Shown: piece after piece, positions 6,385 to 10,665 of the stretch | Position numbering within the stretch: position 1 is the first letter of the stretch | Layout of the letters: each line of letters begins with the position of its first letter | Notes under the pieces: generated by a model | The model's input: the letters and a program-made list of their open reading frames with translations, nothing else | The model's database searches: none | What the model was told of the DNA's origin: nothing | Source: a virus | UHGV virus genome: UHGV-2171516 | Reading direction: 5' to 3' (one strand) | Length of the DNA: 10,665 nucleotides | Made by a program: the position numbers and the translations under genes

Positions 6385-8367
6385 ATGACATTTAAACACT
6401 ACGATGTGGTCAGGGCGGCGTCGCCGTCAGACCTTGCGGAGCGACTGACACAAAAACTGAAGGAGGGGTGGCAGCCATTTGGCAGTCCGGTGGCCATCAC
6501 GCCCTATACCCTGATGCAGGCCATTGCGGCGGAAGGTGATGTCACCACACCGGTGGTGGTGCAACCGTCGGGTGATGGTGGCGCTGTTATCAGCACCACC
6601 AGCGAACCGGAATATTACTTTGTCATTGCGCTGGCCGGGCAGTCCAACTCGATGTCTTTTGGCGAGGGGCTGCCGCTGCCGGATACGTATGATCGTCCTG
6701 ACCCGCGTATTAAGCAACTGGCGCGTCGCAGCACGGTGACACCGGGCGGTGCGGCCTGTGCATATAACGACATTATTCCTGCAGACCATTGTCTGCATGA
6801 TGTGCAGGACGTGAGTAATCTGAATCACCCGAAAGCAGACCTCAATAAAGGGCAGTATGGCTGTGTGGGGCATGCCCTGCATGTGGCCAAAAAACTGCTG
6901 CCGTTTATGCCTGCCCGTGCGGGGATCCTTCTTGTCCCGTGTGGACGTGGCGATTCGGGATTTACTGCGGGAGCAGAGGGCGCGTTTAATGAGGCGTCGG
7001 GTGCGACAGCGGGCTCTTCCCTGTGGGGGGTGGATAAACCGTTGTATCGTGACCTGGTCAGCAGAACGCGTGCAGCCCTGAAGAAAAATCCGAAAAACGT
7101 GCTGTTGTCGGTGATCTGGATGCAGGGGGAAAAAGATGTCAGTTCGGGGAGACATGTAGAGCACAATGCACTTTTTCTTGCCATGGTAAATAAATACCGT
7201 GCAGACCTGGCAGATATTGCAGACCAGTGTATTGGCGGGACAACGTCCGGCGTCCCGTGGATTTGCGGTGACACCACGTACGACTGGAAGGCGAAGTATG
7301 CAGTGCAGTATGAGGCGGTTTACGGAGGCTATAAAGGCAAGGCGGCGCAGAATATTCACTTTGTGCCGTTGATGACGGATGAGCATGGTGCGAATGTGCC
7401 GACAAACGAGCCGTCAGAAGATCCGGACATTATCACGGCGGGATACTATGGTGCCGCGTCACGCAGTAATGGTAACTGGACGACAGCCGATCGTAAAACG
7501 CACTTCAGCTCCTGGGCGCGAAGAGGCATTGTTTCAGATCGGCTGGCAGGAGAGATACTGGTGCGAGCCGGGCGTTTGCTGCCGTTCCTGAGCGGGCAGT
7601 CTGCACCGCTGGCGACCACGCCAGCCTCCACGGGGGATGCACAGTCTGGCTCTGCGGGTCCGACGCAACAGCAGGGTGCAGGTACTTCTGCAGGCGGTCA
7701 TACTGAAGCCGTAACAAGAATGGTGGCCGGATATGATGCGAACAGTGGCAGTGGTGTATGGACAGAGCAGCAGTGGAATGCGTCCGGTGGTAAAGGCACT
7801 GTGACGGATGACAGTGGCAGGAAGGCGCTGCGACTGGAAAAACAGCCGGGTAAACTGACCTCCTGGAAGATGTTCCGTACTGTTGCGGTGGAGGAGGCAA
7901 AAAATCTTCTCAGTAAGGGGGGGGAAATTGCCGTGCGGTTTAAGATCCCGGAGGGTGTCGAACTGGTTAACGGTCAGTTTGTCTTTGGTCTGTACTGGCC
8001 GGTGTCGCAGTGGGCGTCAGGCGCGACAGCAAACAGCATGCTGGCGTCCTTCTTCCTTCAGACGGATGCATCAAATCTGAATCTGATGTACCACAAGGGG
8101 GAGTCGAATGCGCAACTGGGCACATTTGGGGCATTTGACCATAACTGGCATACAGTTGTTTTCCGCTTTGCGGGAAATAACAGCGAAAAAGTGGTGCCGG
8201 TGATTGATGATGCAGAGCAGTCTGCGTTTGACCTTGTGATGTGGACAAATGATGGCTTTACAGCAGATACGCTGACGCTGACAGATATCACGGGGGCAAA
8301 AGCGACGTATCCGGTACTGCTTGATACGGTCACAGTCAAAGTTAACGAAAGCCGGGCATCATCATAA
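6385..8367 (+). CDS. nanS-p: Prophage-encoded sialate (9-O-acetyl-N-acetylneuraminate) O-acetylesterase, NanS-p / YjhS-like (SGNH/SASA esterase with N-terminal DUF1737-like and C-terminal lectin-like domains)
   Basis: 660-aa ORF. N-terminal MTFKHYDVV... segment typical of phage NanS proteins, SASA-type block ALAGQSNSMSFGEG, Gly/Ser/Gln-rich linker, long C-terminal domain. SD GGGAGG at 6375-6380. Same place as the yjhS homologue between toxin locus and lysis genes in Stx phages. Confidence 0.85.
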   Translation: MTFKHYDVVRAASPSDLAERLTQKLKEGWQPFGSPVAITPYTLMQAIAAEGDVTTPVVVQPSGDGGAVISTTSEPEYYFVIALAGQSNSMSFGEGLPLPDTYDRPDPRIKQLARRSTVTPGGAACAYNDIIPADHCLHDVQDVSNLNHPKADLNKGQYGCVGHALHVAKKLLPFMPARAGILLVPCGRGDSGFTAGAEGAFNEASGATAGSSLWGVDKPLYRDLVSRTRAALKKNPKNVLLSVIWMQGEKDVSSGRHVEHNALFLAMVNKYRADLADIADQCIGGTTSGVPWICGDTTYDWKAKYAVQYEAVYGGYKGKAAQNIHFVPLMTDEHGANVPTNEPSEDPDIITAGYYGAASRSNGNWTTADRKTHFSSWARRGIVSDRLAGEILVRAGRLLPFLSGQSAPLATTPASTGDAQSGSAGPTQQQGAGTSAGGHTEAVTRMVAGYDANSGSGVWTEQQWNASGGKGTVTDDSGRKALRLEKQPGKLTSWKMFRTVAVEEAKNLLSKGGEIAVRFKIPEGVELVNGQFVFGLYWPVSQWASGATANSMLASFFLQTDASNLNLMYHKGESNAQLGTFGAFDHNWHTVVFRFAGNNSEKVVPVIDDAEQSAFDLVMWTNDGFTADTLTLTDITGAKATYPVLLDTVTVKVNESRASS

Positions 8368-8372
8368 CCGGC

Positions 8373-8409
8373 AAAAAAAACCGCCAGCGGCAGAAACGGA
8401 AGCTGGCGG
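8373..8409 (-). terminator. Rho-independent terminator oriented for the minus strand, just 3' of nanS-p
   Basis: A8 run 8373-8380, then 8-bp stem CCGCCAGC / GCTGGCGG with a 13-nt loop. On the minus strand this is a hairpin followed by T8; there is no T tract on the + side. Confidence 0.45.
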
Positions 8410-8506
8410 AGGTAATCCCAATGGAGAATGTAAAGAAAAGATGCTTTCGTATATCGGTTTTTTAAATGAAAACAGTTCTCATTGTCAACCATAACGGTAA
8501 GAAACT

Positions 8507-8701
8507 ATGACATTTGTTCATCAGGTGATGCTGTACTTCTGTACGGCGGTCTGTGTGCTGTATCTTCTTTCGGGTGGGTACAGGGCAGTGCGCGATTTCT
8601 GGCGCAGGCAGATTGATAAAAGGGCCGCAGAGAAAATCAGCGCCAGTCAGTCAGCCGGAGCAAAAACAGAAGCCCCACTCATTCCGGAACAACCTTCTTA
8701 A
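8507..8701 (+). CDS. Small hypothetical membrane protein (64 aa, one predicted transmembrane helix)
   Basis: ORF with hydrophobic stretch VMLYFCTAVCVLYLLSGGY and a charged C-terminus. Weak SD (GGTAAGAAA). Sits between nanS-p and the holin. Confidence 0.4.
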   Translation: MTFVHQVMLYFCTAVCVLYLLSGGYRAVRDFWRRQIDKRAAEKISASQSAGAKTEAPLIPEQPS

Positions 8702-8726
8702 TAACCCCTTTCAACGAGAAAATCCT

Positions 8727-9017
8727 ATGTCAGAAATAAAATCGCTGGTCACTGCTGAGGCAGTGAAGGAAGTCCTGCGCTCTGAAGAAGTCCGGAGCGC
8801 ACTGAAACAGCAACTTCGGCAGAACCTTGAGGCGCGTCTTGATGCAGAAGTGGATTCAATTCTGGATGAATTGCTTGGTGCACAGCCGGAACCATCCCCG
8901 GAACTGCTTCCGGAACCACAGGCGGAAGATGTCACCACGGAAAATGGTGATATTCAGCCGGAGTCACCGGTGACGGATATGACAGACACACAGCCAGAAT
9001 CGGGCACAATGCTGTAA
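8727..9017 (+). CDS. Hypothetical acidic protein (96 aa) with Pro/Glu-rich C-terminus
   Basis: In-frame ATG at 8727 within track ORF 8553..9017; the longer 154-aa form overlaps the previous ORF and lacks an SD. Followed by a terminator-like hairpin at 9028-9060. Confidence 0.45.
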   Translation: MSEIKSLVTAEAVKEVLRSEEVRSALKQQLRQNLEARLDAEVDSILDELLGAQPEPSPELLPEPQAEDVTTENGDIQPESPVTDMTDTQPESGTML

Positions 9018-9027
9018 CGGTGAGTCA

Positions 9028-9060
9028 GGGTCATCAGTAAAGAGCTGGTGGCCCTTTTGT
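9028..9060 (+). terminator. Terminator-like hairpin upstream of the holin
   Basis: 10-bp stem GGGTCATCAG / CTGGTGGCCC (two G-U pairs) with loop TAAAGAG, followed by TTTTGTTGTTG. Confidence 0.4.
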
Positions 9061-9092
9061 TGTTGTGAGCTTCCGAGTACGGGAGACGGGGT

Positions 9093-9308
9093 ATGTACCA
9101 GATGGAAAAAATCACAACAGGTGTGTCATACACCACGTCAGCGGTGGGAACGGGCTACTGGTTCCTGCAGTTGCTGGACAGGGTTTCCCCGTCTCAGTGG
9201 GCGGCAATAGGCGTGCTGGGGAGTCTGCTGTTTGGGCTGCTGACATATCTGACGAACCTGTATTTCAAGATTAAAGAAGACCGGCGTAAGGCGGCGCGGG
9301 GAGAGTAG
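9093..9308 (+). CDS. S: Class II holin (pinholin), phage 21 S-like, with dual-start motif
   Basis: 71-aa ORF strongly resembling the phage 21 S holin as I recall it ([21 protein letters not shown]...[21 protein letters not shown]). Met1 and Met4 (MYQMEK) fit the antiholin/holin dual start. SD GGGAG upstream. Confidence 0.9.
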   Translation: MYQMEKITTGVSYTTSAVGTGYWFLQLLDRVSPSQWAAIGVLGSLLFGLLTYLTNLYFKIKEDRRKAARGE

Positions 9309-9311
9309 ACG

Positions 9312-9821
9312 ATGAATAAACAATACGAACTGGTTGTTAAAGGGATAAATAATTACCCGGATAAGATTACTGTTACTGTAGCGCTGGAAACGGGTGGGTA
9401 TACGTCACTGTTGTTGCCAAATGTGGTGATTGATCTTGATCGTGTTGAAGGTGCCCCGCTGGAGTTTTACGAAGCTGAGGCGAAAAAGAAGGCGAAGCAG
9501 TTTTTCATGGATATTGCTGCCGGGTTATGTGAAGGGGATGAACAGTCACAGGAAAAGTGCCTTTGTTCCGAAGATCGGTATACCATACAAATTAACAATG
9601 CATATAACACGATACTGTCAGAAAAAGATGATATCGAATCACGCATTGAAAAACTGGAGAATTGCGTCGTTGAACTGAATAAAAAACTGTCGACGCTGAT
9701 GCCTTCTGAAGATGCAAAAAAACGCCGCGATGAGCAGTTCGCGGCGTTTTACGATTATTGCATTGAAGTTACTCGCAGGAATTTTGTGAAGGCTTTTGAG
9801 GAGAGTAAATCTCTTCAGTAA
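9312..9821 (+). CDS. Hypothetical 169-aa soluble protein inserted between holin and endolysin
   Basis: ATG 4 nt after the holin stop, with SD GGGGAGAG (9298-9305) lying inside the holin 3' end. AT-richer than the flanking lysis genes. No transmembrane segment; coiled-coil-like stretch SEKDDIESRIEKLENCVVELNKKL; no family recognised. Confidence 0.6.
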   Translation: MNKQYELVVKGINNYPDKITVTVALETGGYTSLLLPNVVIDLDRVEGAPLEFYEAEAKKKAKQFFMDIAAGLCEGDEQSQEKCLCSEDRYTIQINNAYNTILSEKDDIESRIEKLENCVVELNKKLSTLMPSEDAKKRRDEQFAAFYDYCIEVTRRNFVKAFEESKSLQ

Positions 9822-10029
9822 GCTTAATGGCGGACGCTGCAATTAATTCAGGAAGGTCCGCAAGGTCATCTGTCAGTGGGAATGATGAAAAATCGGCGGC
9901 AGTTCTGTTAAGAATTGCTTTAACTAATTCCTTTTCCTCATCCGGCAACACGTTGATTAGAGCTACGACTGCTTGCCTGAGTGCGATTAAATCAGCAAAA
10001 GTTTGTTTTGGTAGATTTGGATAATCCAT
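9769..10029 (-). CDS. Hypothetical small acidic protein (86 aa from the internal start), convergent with and overlapping the 3' end of 9312-9821
   Basis: Track ORF 9769..10101 on the minus strand. I prefer the internal ATG at 10029 (MDYPNLPK...) because it has an SD (GAGGTGA) while the 10101 start has none. The 3' end overlaps the + strand ORF by about 53 nt. Could be spurious. Confidence 0.35.
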   Translation of the reverse strand: MDYPNLPKQTFADLIALRQAVVALINVLPDEEKELVKAILNRTAADFSSFPLTDDLADLPELIAASAIKLTEEIYSPQKPSQNSCE

Positions 10030-10140
10030 AGTCACCTCTGTGTTTATCAGATTGACATACCCTGGCCAGTGCCCACCACTGGCGGGGTGAAGGCTTAACA
10101 TATCCAGGGATTCGGAACCGATAAATCCTGATAAATATCC

Positions 10141-10665
10141 ATGAACGCAAAAATCAAATACGGCCTGTCAGCTGCTGTTCTGGCGCTGATTGCTGCAGGC
10201 GCGTCTGCTCCTCAGATACTTGACCAGTTTCTGGACGAAAAAGAGGGTAACCACACAACGGCATACCGTGATGGTGCAGGTATCTGGACCATCTGCCGTG
10301 GTGCCATCATGGTGGATGGCAAACCTGTCGTTCCGGGCATGAAGTTGTCGAAGGAAAAATGCGACCAGGTTAACGCCATTGAGCGTGATAAAGCGCTGGC
10401 GTGGGTGGAGAAAAACATCAGAGTGCCGCTGACCGAACCCCAGAAAGCGGGGATCGCGTCATTCTGTCCGTACAACATTGGTCCCGGTAAGTGTTTCCCG
10501 TCGACGTTTTACAGACGAATTAATGCTGGTGATCGCAGGGGAGCATGCGAAGCGATTCGCTGGTGGATTAAGGACGGTGGCAGAGACTGCCGTATTCGCT
10601 CAAACAACTGTTACGGTCAGGTATCCCGTCGCGACCAGGAGAGTGCGCTGGCGTGCTGGGGAATT
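10141..10665 (+). CDS. R: SAR endolysin (phage lysozyme, T4/P1-Lyz-type catalytic E-D-T), 3' end beyond the window
   Basis: Open frame from ATG 10141 to the window edge (175 codons, no stop), so absent from the ORF track. N-terminal signal-anchor-release segment YGLSAAVLALIAAGASA, then catalytic spacing E...D...T in EGNHTTAYRDGAGIWTICRG. In-frame stop at 10132-10134 fixes the start. SAR endolysins pair with pinholins. Confidence 0.85.
   Translation, partial: MNAKIKYGLSAAVLALIAAGASAPQILDQFLDEKEGNHTTAYRDGAGIWTICRGAIMVDGKPVVPGMKLSKEKCDQVNAIERDKALAWVEKNIRVPLTEPQKAGIASFCPYNIGPGKCFPSTFYRRINAGDRRGACEAIRWWIKDGGRDCRIRSNNCYGQVSRRDQESALACWGI

Noticed and set aside
6427-7386. 319-aa minus-strand ORF (plus 150-aa and 88-aa minus ORFs) antisense to nanS-p
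   Set aside because: They lie entirely inside the well-supported esterase gene on the other strand. Their translations are Arg/His/Cys-rich low-complexity sequence typical of antisense frames in GC-rich coding DNA, with no SD.
8553-9017. Long 154-aa form of the ORF starting at 8553
   Set aside because: Its N-terminal 58 codons overlap the 8507-8701 ORF in another frame, have no SD and translate to a Cys/Gly-rich oddity. The internal ATG at 8727 gives a cleaner 96-aa product.
9769-10101. Full-length 110-aa version of the minus-strand ORF
   Set aside because: The 10101 start has no SD and would run into the TTGACA/inverted-repeat region. The internal start at 10029 with SD GAGGTGA is preferred; the whole ORF remains low confidence.
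10212-10478. 88-aa minus-strand ORF
   Set aside because: Lies entirely within the SAR endolysin coding sequence on the opposite strand; shadow ORF.
1-10665. CRISPR arrays, IS elements/transposases, integrase or att core repeats
   Set aside because: No regularly spaced direct repeats, no terminal inverted repeats flanking a transposase-like ORF and no recombinase-like ORF were seen. The only tRNA-fragment feature is reported separately as the degenerate tRNA-Ile.

Overview
This window reads as the early-right / late-regulatory / lysis segment of a lambdoid prophage of the Stx-phage (933W / phage 21) type from an enterobacterial host, with all backbone genes on the + strand. In order: a translationally coupled operon (SF2 helicase, zinc-ribbon/Toprim primase, an unknown 285-aa protein, a Q-like antiterminator with four CxxCxGxG zinc-finger repeats); a candidate late promoter and strong terminator; an AT-rich 314-aa gene on the opposite strand (moron); a tRNA cluster (a degenerate tRNA-Ile-like copy, tRNA-Arg UCG, tRNA-Arg UCU); about 550 bp of terminator-rich non-coding DNA where Stx phages carry the toxin genes (no toxin ORF here); the sialate O-acetylesterase NanS-p; two small ORFs; a phage-21-type pinholin; an AT-rich two-gene insertion; and a SAR endolysin truncated by the window end. 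The two most unusual items are the opposite-strand moron at 4515-5459 and the cassette that splits holin from endolysin at 9312-10140; both are candidates for undescribed accessory or defence/anti-defence functions. All protein calls rest on motifs and gene order read by eye and recalled family knowledge; no database search was run.
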